A stretch of 26,929 nt of DNA from Candidatus Hodarchaeota archaeon (GCA_016839785.1 JAEOTQ010000204.1:1-26929), one strand, 5' to 3'. Shown: positions 1 to 9,014, counted from the stretch's first letter. A program made the numbers and translations. Notes: a model not told the origin generated them from the sequence alone.

Positions 1-2
1 TC

Positions 3-2288
3 GCAGAGAAACCTTTTATCGGTTATCAAGATGATTATTCAACTGTTTATAACATGTCTGTTGTTTTAGAAGATAAATGGGAAAGAATCCAGCCTAATGA
101 TAAGATTAGTGACCTTGACGATCCTCGTGATGGTTTTAGTGATGATGAAATTACTCCTGGATCCTATTCAAACCTGCGATTCTCAAATACCACTGGTTTT
201 TCTGACTTCAATAAACAAGATTGGTACTGTATTTGGTTCTATAATATCACTGACGTAACAATTACTGTCGCGTCGTTTGTTGATAATGGAGATCCAGAGG
301 CCAATGGGCCTAGTTTCTTTGTATATGATGAGGAAGCTATAGATGGGACTTTAAACGGTATCGAGAAATTTGATGAAGATGGGAATAGTGGTGATGTTGA
401 TTCTATATCTTTAAAAACGTCTTATGATGGATGGCACTACCTCCTTCTTGATAACAGCTATATGAATACTGCAAATTCCTACCAACTGAATATCACAATC
501 GAAGATTCAATTGAAGTTGAAGCAGGTGGTAATGATATAAATGCTACCGCTTTAGGGATGAATGAAGGCCATTACGCAGGATTGGTTATTTTTGCAAGCT
601 CGGATGATTGGTATAAGGTAGCTGTATCTGCTACAGAACGCATTATGGTTGAGCTCAAATGGTTCTCCTTCATAGGTGATCTCCAATTAACTCTCTATGA
701 AAATGAAACCGCTGCAGGATTGGTTGGAGCAGGTGTTCCAATCTTCGGAGGATTAAGGATTGGTCCTCATAGAGCAAACAAAGATATCATTTATCTCATC
801 CACGTTTCGGGTGATAACACCGACCCTCGTTATTACAATCTCACTATTGCCATGGATGAAATTGATGATTGGGCTGAAGATAATGATGACATCTTCCACC
901 CGTATTTACTACCTTCGACCTCTCAAGAAATCCGTCCCACCCCTGCCGATCCTTTTGGAGGATTTTTCTCTCAGGAAGGGGATTTGGACTTTTATGTAAT
1001 CTCCCTTCTTCCTGGAGATCATCTTACGATAACTATTGAGTTCAATAATACCTTAGGAGATTTAGATCTTGTCTTAGCTTCTGCTAACGGTAATATCATT
1101 GATTCATCTACTCTCTCCCTTTCCAATACTGAAACGGTTTCCTTTATGGCCTGGCGTACAGATGTATATTATATCGGTGTTGCAGGAAAAGCGGGATCGT
1201 ACGCTAATATTGGTGTCGAATATAACATGTCCATTGTTCTCTCCGAATTTGATGACAGCTTTGAATCCAATGATAATGCTCAATCAGCAGCACCAATTGC
1301 CGAAGGTGATTATTCTGATCTAATTCTTCGTGATAAAGATGATGATTGGTTCTACGTTTATCTTGCCTCGTCGGATGTAATAGAAATCAATCTGACTTAT
1401 GTGGCTGGTACATGGGGTGTTGAAGAGTATCTCAATGATATTGACCTTGATCTTTTATTCGATGACCAATCCTTAGCAGTTCAAAGTCGAACCCTATTCA
1501 ATGAGACATTGACCTTCAATGCTTCACGAAGTGGTAGGTATTATATTGTATGTGTTATTGATGGAAATTCAAATCAATATAATCTCACAATTGATATCGA
1601 AGAAACTGATGATATCTATGAAGATAATGATGATTTAGCCCATGCTACCCGAATTAATGTTGTGGATACAGTTCCTGAAGAACCAATATCTAAAGTAACG
1701 TCCAATTTACAAATGCGAGTAAAAGATGACGACTTTTATGTCACCAATTTGCCCGCTGGATTAGCAATTATTGTTGAAATTTCTTTTGGCCAAGGGCAGA
1801 ATTTGGATCTTGAACTTTTATATCCGAATGGAAGTATTATCGATTCAAGCCGTCTAACAGCCAGTACTGCTGAAACTGTTGGTCCTTTTCCTATGAATCA
1901 AACATTTACAAGTTATTTCAACAATACGGATATTTACTTCCGCGTGAATATGGATGAAGGTGACGCCACTATCTACTCCCTCACCATCATTATCGGTCCA
2001 GAAGATATTCTCATAACTCGTGAAACCGTTCCAGAATTTATCCCTTATACTCCTACAATCCATAAACCAAGCTTTTTTGATACACTATTACCTATGGCTG
2101 TTGGCGGAGCCATTATTGGTGGTGGTGGAGCAGCTGTTCTTTATGCTGGTAAAAAGACTGGAGCTCTTGATAAAGGGATTGGAGCTTTAAAAGACAAGCT
2201 AGGTGGTAAAGGAGAAAGTGGGGGTACAGGTGGCACTGGCGATACGAAAACCGCGAGTAAAAGATCTCGACGAAAGCCACCAAGCTAA
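3..2288 (+). CDS. Cell-surface glycoprotein with tandem PPC-like (pre-peptidase C-terminal) acidic repeats and a C-terminal membrane anchor; 5'-truncated
   Basis: The frame is open from base 3 (AEKPFIGYQDDYSTVYNMSVVL...), and YNMSVVL matches the internal repeat end YNMSIVL, so ATG54 is internal. Five repeat units begin EDKWE..ND, EDSIE..ND, DDWAEDND, DDSFESND and DDIYEDND, each with a D-W/F-Y/F motif. Many N-x-S/T sequons. Hydrophobic LLPMAVGGAIIGGGGAAVLYAG followed by a basic tail. Confidence 0.8.
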   Translation, partial: AEKPFIGYQDDYSTVYNMSVVLEDKWERIQPNDKISDLDDPRDGFSDDEITPGSYSNLRFSNTTGFSDFNKQDWYCIWFYNITDVTITVASFVDNGDPEANGPSFFVYDEEAIDGTLNGIEKFDEDGNSGDVDSISLKTSYDGWHYLLLDNSYMNTANSYQLNITIEDSIEVEAGGNDINATALGMNEGHYAGLVIFASSDDWYKVAVSATERIMVELKWFSFIGDLQLTLYENETAAGLVGAGVPIFGGLRIGPHRANKDIIYLIHVSGDNTDPRYYNLTIAMDEIDDWAEDNDDIFHPYLLPSTSQEIRPTPADPFGGFFSQEGDLDFYVISLLPGDHLTITIEFNNTLGDLDLVLASANGNIIDSSTLSLSNTETVSFMAWRTDVYYIGVAGKAGSYANIGVEYNMSIVLSEFDDSFESNDNAQSAAPIAEGDYSDLILRDKDDDWFYVYLASSDVIEINLTYVAGTWGVEEYLNDIDLDLLFDDQSLAVQSRTLFNETLTFNASRSGRYYIVCVIDGNSNQYNLTIDIEETDDIYEDNDDLAHATRINVVDTVPEEPISKVTSNLQMRVKDDDFYVTNLPAGLAIIVEISFGQGQNLDLELLYPNGSIIDSSRLTASTAETVGPFPMNQTFTSYFNNTDIYFRVNMDEGDATIYSLTIIIGPEDILITRETVPEFIPYTPTIHKPSFFDTLLPMAVGGAIIGGGGAAVLYAGKKTGALDKGIGALKDKLGGKGESGGTGGTGDTKTASKRSRRKPPS

Positions 2289-2298
2289 TCGTCCTCCA

Positions 2299-2313
2299 CT
2301 TTTTCTTTTTTTT
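2299..2313 (+). terminator. Oligo-T archaeal-type terminator
   Basis: A T-rich run (tttttctttttttt) about 10 nt after stop codon 2288. Confidence 0.55.
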
Positions 2314-2485
2314 ATACAATTTCTTAACTTATTGCGCAATGTGATCTCCTTTACTGAGTTGCTTTTTTAAAATATTAGATATTATTCAAAGCAATCCTTG
2401 CCTATGTGAGAATCTTTAAAAAATGACTTTATTGCCTCTTTTCTTCATCTAACTATGAATCCACAATACTTAGAGGCGTTTTTCC

Positions 2486-3748
2486 ATGAAATACGAGGGT
2501 TACAATATCAAAAAACTAACTTCTGATAATCTTACAAATTTCCAACAAATCGCTATCAAAGCATATCCAGCAATGCTTCCAGATAATTTTCCCCCTGAAG
2601 CACAGCAAGCATGGCTCGATCGAATGAAATTGGCCCATGAGGAGAACCCGCTCATCAATTATTATGGATGTTTTAAAAAAGATAAATTAGTTGGTGGAAT
2701 GATCTATTTCGATTTTAAAATGACTCTCTTTGACCAATTTGCTGAAGTCGGGGGCATCGGAGTAGTGTGTGTGGATTTGCTGCATAAAAAGGAACATGTA
2801 GCAAAAAATATGGTCAAAGCTTTTCACGATCATTATTTCGCAAGAGGCATTACGATCACCGCTCTCTATCCCTTTCGACCTGATTTTTATACAGCTATGG
2901 GTTATGGTCTTGGTAAAAAAATGAATCGTTATCGCTTCAAACCTAAATCTCTACCTAAAAGTCACAAGATTCATATTGTAAAACTCGGCATGTCAGATAC
3001 TCATATAACTAAAGATTGCTTTAACCGATATGCCTTAAAAACACATGGTATGATTCAAACTGATGAAAAAGCAATGGAACGATTATTAACAAAACAAAAT
3101 GTTGTCGGGTATAAACTGAATAATGAGCTCCAAGGTTTTATGGCTTTTAGTTTTAAGAGAGTTGATCCTGATAACTTTATCTTACAGGATCTCATTATTG
3201 AAGAATTAATTTATGAAAACAGTGATGCACTCCGTGAGTTGCTAACTTACCTTCGCTCCCAAGCGGATCAAGTTAGGAATTTGTACTTTCATACTCAGGA
3301 TGATCATTTTCATTATTTGCTACACGATCCTCGTAATGGAGGAAAAAAGATATTTTTAACCTCTCAGGAAAGTAATGTTCAAGGATTAGGGATTATGTAT
3401 CGTATTATCAATGTTAGGAAATTATTTACAGATTTATCGACATTTAATTTTCGGAATCAATCTGTAAAATTATTATTGACTCTAGAATACGATTTTCTTG
3501 AGGTTAACAATGGGAAATTACTCCTTCGATTTGATAATGGAATGTGTTCGGTTATGGATGATATTAAGGATTTTGATGTGGAAATCCAGTTAAAAATTGC
3601 TGATTTCTCCTCAATGTTCATGGGAGTTGTGCCATTCAAGAAGTTGTATGACCTTGGACTAGCTCAAATTTCTAATGTGGATTATCTGGATACTATAACT
3701 CATCTTTTTGCCACTAAACTCCCTCCAATCACGACTCAACAATTTTAA
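2486..3748 (+). CDS. Eis-like GNAT acetyltransferase (tandem GNAT domains plus C-terminal SCP2-like domain)
   Basis: 420 aa. GGIGVVCVDLLHKKEHVAK acetyl-CoA-binding region, LYPF..FY..MGYG motif, MYRIINV and a C-terminal sterol-carrier-like segment, all typical of the Eis family. Confidence 0.85.
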   Translation: MKYEGYNIKKLTSDNLTNFQQIAIKAYPAMLPDNFPPEAQQAWLDRMKLAHEENPLINYYGCFKKDKLVGGMIYFDFKMTLFDQFAEVGGIGVVCVDLLHKKEHVAKNMVKAFHDHYFARGITITALYPFRPDFYTAMGYGLGKKMNRYRFKPKSLPKSHKIHIVKLGMSDTHITKDCFNRYALKTHGMIQTDEKAMERLLTKQNVVGYKLNNELQGFMAFSFKRVDPDNFILQDLIIEELIYENSDALRELLTYLRSQADQVRNLYFHTQDDHFHYLLHDPRNGGKKIFLTSQESNVQGLGIMYRIINVRKLFTDLSTFNFRNQSVKLLLTLEYDFLEVNNGKLLLRFDNGMCSVMDDIKDFDVEIQLKIADFSSMFMGVVPFKKLYDLGLAQISNVDYLDTITHLFATKLPPITTQQF

Positions 3749-3809
3749 TTTGGTTTGGGGATTTAAGGATCAATGATGTTGTCAAACAATGAAACGTATT
3801 CTCAAACCC

Positions 3810-3817
3810 TTATAATA
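3810..3817 (+). promoter_or_regulatory. Putative TATA box for the 3840/3918 transcript
   Basis: TTATAATA. Typical archaeal spacing puts the start site near 3840. Confidence 0.45.
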
Positions 3818-3917
3818 GATCTCTGTTAACTCTCTCCCAATGGAGAATGGCCGCTACATTTTCCCGCATGAATATTCCCAATGATGGTGTCCATCGTTAA
3901 AGAGAGATTTCATTAGT

Positions 3918-4649
3918 ATGTTGGGCCTCAATATTATCAATAAAACAGGAATCTTAGTTTTTAAACATGAATTCACCAGTACATATGATGAAGTAATTGA
4001 CGAGGATTTGAATGCTGGTTTAATGTCTGCAATTTTTAGTGCCCTTCGTGAAACTCAGCAAGAGACAATAAAAGCTATTCGTTTAAGGGAAAATTATGTC
4101 TTTCTTTTGTATGAAGGTGTTTTGACTTATGGGGTTCTTTCTACAACTGAAGAGGATCCTAGACAATATGATTTTCTCCGAGAACTTGTTTTAAAATTTG
4201 AAATTATGTATACTAAAGTATTACATGAAGAAACGGTTGTCGAACGTCATTTCTTTGATGGATTCCAAGATATAGTGAAAAAAATGTATAGTGAAATGGT
4301 TGAAATTGATATAGCTTCATTGAATAATCTCATCAAAGTATTAGGAAACTCGAAAATACGCAATTACCTGATATACGAAACAAAATATTTTCACCCCGTC
4401 TTTAAGTCAATAAACGATCCTTATGTCAATGAACATGCAGATAAAATGACCCAAATCTTTCATCACATAATGGATTTTAGTAAACACGCTAATCAAATTT
4501 TCTCAACAGGCGAACTGCATTTCGAATCAATGAAAATATTCACAGTTAAGACAAAATCTCATTGTATTGCGATATTTGATACTACTACTGATAAGGGTAA
4601 GGGATTCATGAGAAAAGACCTGAATCAGCTACAAAAAAAGCTTACTTGA
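3918..4649 (+). CDS. Longin-like N-terminal domain fused to a roadblock/LAMTOR-like C-terminal domain (Asgard eukaryotic-signature-type protein)
   Basis: The N-terminus LNIINKTGILVFKHEF...DEDLNAGLMSAIFSAL...IKAIRL...FLRELVLKFE follows the longin beta-beta-alpha-beta-beta-beta-alpha-alpha pattern. The second half follows the roadblock/profilin-like alpha-beta-beta-alpha-beta-beta-beta-alpha pattern. Fold assigned by eye. Confidence 0.6.
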   Translation: MLGLNIINKTGILVFKHEFTSTYDEVIDEDLNAGLMSAIFSALRETQQETIKAIRLRENYVFLLYEGVLTYGVLSTTEEDPRQYDFLRELVLKFEIMYTKVLHEETVVERHFFDGFQDIVKKMYSEMVEIDIASLNNLIKVLGNSKIRNYLIYETKYFHPVFKSINDPYVNEHADKMTQIFHHIMDFSKHANQIFSTGELHFESMKIFTVKTKSHCIAIFDTTTDKGKGFMRKDLNQLQKKLT

Positions 4650-4773
4650 TTGAATTTCGGCATGCTGATCCCCATTTGTACCATGGAAAGAGAGGTTTTA
4701 TTCTGCCACAAACATACCTCTTTTAAAAATAAATCCTGTTCCCGATTTAATTATCAAATAAAGGAGCTACTTC

Positions 4774-6201
4774 ATGTTCGATGATCTTCAAAAGATAATT
4801 CGGAAGAGTGAGTCATTAGGTGCGGATTATGTAGATGCACGTTATGACGAACTCTTACTTCGTACAATAATTAAAGAAAATGGACGTATCACTCAATTAA
4901 AGACAATGAATAGGACTGGTGTCGGATTTAATATCTATTACAAGGGTGCTACCGCATATGCATTTTCTGCTGATATTGGTAATCCTAAAGCATTAGAAGA
5001 AGCTGCTCTAGACGCTTTAGGGATAGCTAAGGCAACTTCTGACAAAGTAATCGTGAAATCTGAGATAGATGCCCAATCTCCTGTGAAAAAGACTCTAGAA
5101 CCAAAACTTCGCGACCCTGCATGGTTAGCTGAGTCAGGAGTGAAGTTAGATTTAATAAATCGAATGGAATCAACAGCAAAAGATTATGGCAAAGATATCA
5201 ATAGTCTGATACTAATGTATGGGGAGTTATCAGGTAAAAAACTATTCACCAACTCTGATGGAACAGAAATTCAATGGGCACCATATATCTCAGATTTACG
5301 TACAACCGTTGTAAGTAAAACCCCAGAAGGTGATTTAGTACGGGCCGGTGATGGACGAGGTGGATCCTATGGGTTGGAATACTACAAACGTGAAGGTTCA
5401 ACTCCTGAAGATCTGGGACGTAATGCTGCTTTATGGGCCAAAGAACAATTAAAAGCCAAATCGGCCCCTGCAGGAGAGTTTAGAGCTTTTTGTGAGAATA
5501 ATCTTGTGGGAGTGTTAGCTCATGAGTCTTTTGGACATTTAACCGAAGCAGACTTCATTGTGACAAAAGGAAGTCCAATTCACGATAAATTGGGAGAAAA
5601 ATTGGGATCAGATATTGTAACAATAATTGATGAAGGAGTTTCTGAATTCAATGGAAAGTCTACGCCCTTATACTTACCTTATGATGATGAAGGAGTACCA
5701 ACGACTCGTACTGTCCTGATGGAAGATGGTGTTCTCAAGAATTTTCTTACATCCAGATCAACTGCTAAATTGCTAAATTCTGATTATTCTGGGAATGCTA
5801 GAGCCATTAATTTTGCCTTTCCACCAATTCCAAGAATGAAAAACACGTACTTCACACCAGGAGACTTAACAGAGGAAGAGGCCATAGAACAGCTAGGGAC
5901 TGGTATTTACGCAATTCGTACCAGCGGAGGTCAAGTAGAAGGTTCTGGTGACTTCCTGTTCAAAGCAGTCCGTGGGTATTGGGTAGAAAATGGTGAGAAA
6001 AAGTATCCTCTCAAAGATGTGAGTTTAACAGGTAATATCCTTGATTTATTGACAAAAATTGAGGGAGCAACAAAAGATTTTGAGCTTTCCTCGGGATATT
6101 TCGGAGGTTGTGGTAAAGGTGGACAATTTCCTCTCCCTGTCGGCGATGGAGGCCCTAAAATGTTGTTTTCCAAAGTTCGTTTTGGAGGAGAATCAAAATG
6201 A
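4774..6201 (+). CDS. tldD: TldD metalloprotease subunit
   Basis: HESFGH (HExxGH) metal motif, YDDEG, GNARA...PIPRMKNTYF and C-terminal GCGKGGQ..PVGDGGP. AAGGAG SD upstream. Confidence 0.93.
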   Translation: MFDDLQKIIRKSESLGADYVDARYDELLLRTIIKENGRITQLKTMNRTGVGFNIYYKGATAYAFSADIGNPKALEEAALDALGIAKATSDKVIVKSEIDAQSPVKKTLEPKLRDPAWLAESGVKLDLINRMESTAKDYGKDINSLILMYGELSGKKLFTNSDGTEIQWAPYISDLRTTVVSKTPEGDLVRAGDGRGGSYGLEYYKREGSTPEDLGRNAALWAKEQLKAKSAPAGEFRAFCENNLVGVLAHESFGHLTEADFIVTKGSPIHDKLGEKLGSDIVTIIDEGVSEFNGKSTPLYLPYDDEGVPTTRTVLMEDGVLKNFLTSRSTAKLLNSDYSGNARAINFAFPPIPRMKNTYFTPGDLTEEEAIEQLGTGIYAIRTSGGQVEGSGDFLFKAVRGYWVENGEKKYPLKDVSLTGNILDLLTKIEGATKDFELSSGYFGGCGKGGQFPLPVGDGGPKMLFSKVRFGGESK

Positions 6202-7565
6202 ACGAATTCGATGGAATGAAAGACGATCTTTTAAGTCGTATAGATCGTGGGTTAAAACATGGTATAGCCGAAGGTGCTAAATCATTAGATCTATATCTTA
6301 TTAAATACAATGAATTATCTATCAGCATGGATGCAGGTATTATTACCGCCCAGCGAGGAGGAACCATAGGCGTTGGCTGTCGATGCGTACTTGACAAAAG
6401 AATGGGTTTTGCTTCTGCTTCAGGGATTACAGATTCAGCGGTAGATTTTGCAATCGAATCAGCTATCGTAGGTGCCAAAATAAATCAATCTGATGATAGA
6501 TGGGAATCGTTTATTCAGAATCCAAATTCTGGAAAAGATGGTATTATTGACACTTCTGTATTAGATTTGAGCTCTGAAGAAGCTGTACTTGGTGCAGATA
6601 CAATTTTTCAAGAAGCTAAAAACTTTGATCCTCGAATAACATCTGTATCAGGTGGAGTTTATGTAGGATACGGCGCGTTTGCTGTAGGAAATACTGATGG
6701 CATAGCTAAAGCGTCTGCAACTACAGGCACATTTGGCCAATCATATATCACAGCAGTCGAGAATGGCAAGACAAAAACTGGATTTGATTATATCATGGAT
6801 CGAGGCGTTCCCTCATTCGATGGTATTGGAACAAAAGGAGCAGAAAAAGCAATTAAATTACTGAATTCAACTCCATTGGGAAAATCAGAACAGAGTAAAT
6901 TTATTTTTGACCCTCTCGCTGCTGGACAATTCATTAAAACGGCATTAAGTAATTCAGTAAATGGAAAAAGTGTTGTTGAGGGAAGAAGCTCATTCGCAGA
7001 TAGAATTGGTGACCAAGTTGGTGTCAAAGACCTGGATATATACGATGATGGTCAAATTCTCGAAGATCCTAATGTTCAAGCCATTGATGGTGAAGGCTAT
7101 CCTAGAACCACAACCCCTATTATTGAAAAAGGTGTATTGAAAACTTTCATATTTGATAACTACTATGCGAAGTCTTATGGGACAGAAAGTACCGGAAATG
7201 CTAATAGAGCTAGTCCTCAATCTTATGAATCACTTCCCACAGTCTCCCCAACTACAATCTCAGTTACTCCAGGATCAAAGGATCTAGACGGACTTATTGC
7301 CGAAATTGGAAACGGAATTCTTGTAACCGATTTCCTAATGGGTATGATGCACTCCAATCTAATATCTGGTGATTTTTCTATTGTTTCACCTTCGAGTTTT
7401 GTGATTGAAAATTGCGAAGTAAAACATCCAGTCGAAGCAGTTACCATTGCTGGAAATCTTTACAGCGCGTTTAACCAAATAATTTCCTTTGGTAACGAGA
7501 ATCAATTGACTTTTATGGGTAAAGTTCCTTCGATCGCTTTTGATGGATTTACTGTCTCTGGTTAA
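6198..7565 (+). CDS. pmbA: PmbA/TldE partner subunit
   Basis: ATGA overlap with tldD. DGEG, TGNA and SGDFS motifs; no HExxH motif, as expected for TldE. Confidence 0.9.
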   Translation: MNEFDGMKDDLLSRIDRGLKHGIAEGAKSLDLYLIKYNELSISMDAGIITAQRGGTIGVGCRCVLDKRMGFASASGITDSAVDFAIESAIVGAKINQSDDRWESFIQNPNSGKDGIIDTSVLDLSSEEAVLGADTIFQEAKNFDPRITSVSGGVYVGYGAFAVGNTDGIAKASATTGTFGQSYITAVENGKTKTGFDYIMDRGVPSFDGIGTKGAEKAIKLLNSTPLGKSEQSKFIFDPLAAGQFIKTALSNSVNGKSVVEGRSSFADRIGDQVGVKDLDIYDDGQILEDPNVQAIDGEGYPRTTTPIIEKGVLKTFIFDNYYAKSYGTESTGNANRASPQSYESLPTVSPTTISVTPGSKDLDGLIAEIGNGILVTDFLMGMMHSNLISGDFSIVSPSSFVIENCEVKHPVEAVTIAGNLYSAFNQIISFGNENQLTFMGKVPSIAFDGFTVSG

Positions 7566-7568
7566 CAG

Positions 7569-7591
7569 AGGGGAATTTCTCCCTTTTTTTT
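7569..7591 (+). terminator. Weak hairpin plus oligo-T terminator
   Basis: aggggaa/ttctccct imperfect stem followed by T8, directly after the pmbA stop. Confidence 0.5.
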
Positions 7592-7622
7592 CTCTCCTCA
7601 AATACAGATAAATTTCATAAAG

Positions 7623-7638
7623 GACATGAATTCTTGTC
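7623..7638. promoter_or_regulatory. Palindromic operator candidate upstream of the TrmB-family gene
   Basis: GACATGAATTCTTGTC is a 14/16 palindrome immediately 5' of AT-rich ATATTAAAG. Confidence 0.4.
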
Positions 7639-7728
7639 ATATTAAAGATTCCAAGCTTCGATACTAATCTTCAATTCTCTTCAAATGGCAGTATTTCTGG
7701 CTAACTTAGGGAAAATCTAGGTGATCGT

Positions 7729-8586
7729 ATGAAAAACCAATTTGACGGAAACACTACTGATCTTACAACTATTTCTCGCTTATTGGATTCTGAATATCAA
7801 AGTACCTTGAAAAATGCCTTTATAAAGATCGGTCTCAACACCTATGAATCCAAAGTCCTTATTTCCCTTTACATATTAAAAGAGTCAGAAGCAAAAGCCA
7901 TTGCAACTACTGCTCAGGTACCTATGGGACGAGTATACAGTGCCCTTGAAAATTTGTCCACTAAAGGACTGGTGCAGAAAATTAAAGTGACAGGAAAACC
8001 ATTCCGATACCGAGCAAACGATTACGAGCCTGCTCTTCGATCTATTCAAGATGAAGTTAAGGAGGAGGTGGATTCAGCACTAGAAAACATCATGGTTGGA
8101 ATGAAACAAATACAGAAGTTAACGATTGTCCCTGATCCTGAACCCTTACTCGAACCAATTGAAGTAATATTTGGTGATTTGAATATCTCCCGTATTCTTC
8201 GTGACACTATCTTGAGTACTGAAGATCTACTTTATCTGTCTCTGTCAATCAAATATTTAAAGAGTCAAAAACCCGCCTTAGAAAAAATTATGAAGAGAAA
8301 TTGTACAATTTTAGGAATTAGTGTCTCAGATGACGATAAAACCGAGCTGGATTCGTTAAAAATCCCTAATTTTTCAATTAATCTGCAAGACGCCATGCCT
8401 GCACTAAAAATGTTCTTTTTGGAGAAAAATACGGGTTTTAACGGAGTAATGGTGGATAATCGTACAGTATTCTTAATCCTCCTAGAGGCAGAAAAGGAAC
8501 CGTACGGGGTCCTGATCAGACATCCGTCACTAGTACATACGTTTTCTCTTCTTGTACAAAGCCTAATCACCCAATTAGATGAATGA
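7729..8586 (+). CDS. TrmB-family transcriptional regulator
   Basis: GLNTYESKVLISL...AKAIATTAQVPMGRVYSALENLSTKGLV...GKPFRYRA is the TrmB winged HTH, followed by a coiled coil and a PLD-like effector domain (MVDNRTV). GGTGA SD upstream. Confidence 0.9.
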   Translation: MKNQFDGNTTDLTTISRLLDSEYQSTLKNAFIKIGLNTYESKVLISLYILKESEAKAIATTAQVPMGRVYSALENLSTKGLVQKIKVTGKPFRYRANDYEPALRSIQDEVKEEVDSALENIMVGMKQIQKLTIVPDPEPLLEPIEVIFGDLNISRILRDTILSTEDLLYLSLSIKYLKSQKPALEKIMKRNCTILGISVSDDDKTELDSLKIPNFSINLQDAMPALKMFFLEKNTGFNGVMVDNRTVFLILLEAEKEPYGVLIRHPSLVHTFSLLVQSLITQLDE

Positions 8587-8591
8587 TTCCT

Positions 8592-8610
8592 AAAAAAAAA
8601 GAGGAGGAGG
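8592..8610 (-). terminator. Pyrimidine/oligo-T terminator after mscL
   Basis: The minus strand reads cctcctcctc followed by T9, just downstream of the mscL stop. Confidence 0.5.
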
Positions 8611-8618
8611 TATAGGCC

Positions 8619-9014
8619 TTAATCAATGCCTAATCTTGAGGTCGCTTTGACTAACAAGAAGATAACAAATGCTACAATGATAAATGTAACTAATTCACCC
8701 GTGAAATGTCCGATCAGGAATATTCCATTAGGACTTTGAGCTGTTGGAAATAGAGCGATTTCTTCCCACGCAACATCTGGCATTATGAGATTGATGAGAG
8801 GCATTATGAGGTCACTAACAAGTGCCTGAACTAAAGCACCTAAGTAAAGACCGAGAATAAAGGCCACTGCGAGTCCCATAACTTTATATTTCATTAAGAA
8901 CCCTTTAAACTCCTCATAAAAGTTTTTAGGAGGAGCAGGGGGTGGAGTAGGGGCAGGCTCTAATAATTCACGTATTTTACGGACTTCTTCTAATAAATCA
9001 GCATCTTTTGTCAT
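8619..9014 (-). CDS. mscL: Large-conductance mechanosensitive channel MscL family protein (atypical N-terminal helix; likely start ATG 9014)
   Basis: EEFKGFL (S1 helix), VMGLAVAFILG..LGALVQALVSDLIMPLI (TM1) and GHFTGELVTFIIVAFVIFLLVK (TM2). Confidence 0.88.
   Translation of the reverse strand: MTKDADLLEEVRKIRELLEPAPTPPPAPPKNFYEEFKGFLMKYKVMGLAVAFILGLYLGALVQALVSDLIMPLINLIMPDVAWEEIALFPTAQSPNGIFLIGHFTGELVTFIIVAFVIFLLVKATSRLGID

Noticed and set aside
3882-3884. Selenocysteine codon
   Set aside because: The context is X-W-C rather than UxxC, it resembles no selenoprotein family I recognise, and I see no SECIS after 4649. It is kept only as part of the uORF finding.
3880-3930. Fluoride riboswitch suggested by GATGGTGTCC
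   Set aside because: The downstream pseudoknot partner (GACACC-like) is absent and the gene is not fluoride-related.
4774-7565. RiPP cluster around tldD/pmbA
   Set aside because: No YcaO, radical SAM enzyme or convincing precursor peptide is nearby. Stand-alone TldD/E pairs are common in archaea.
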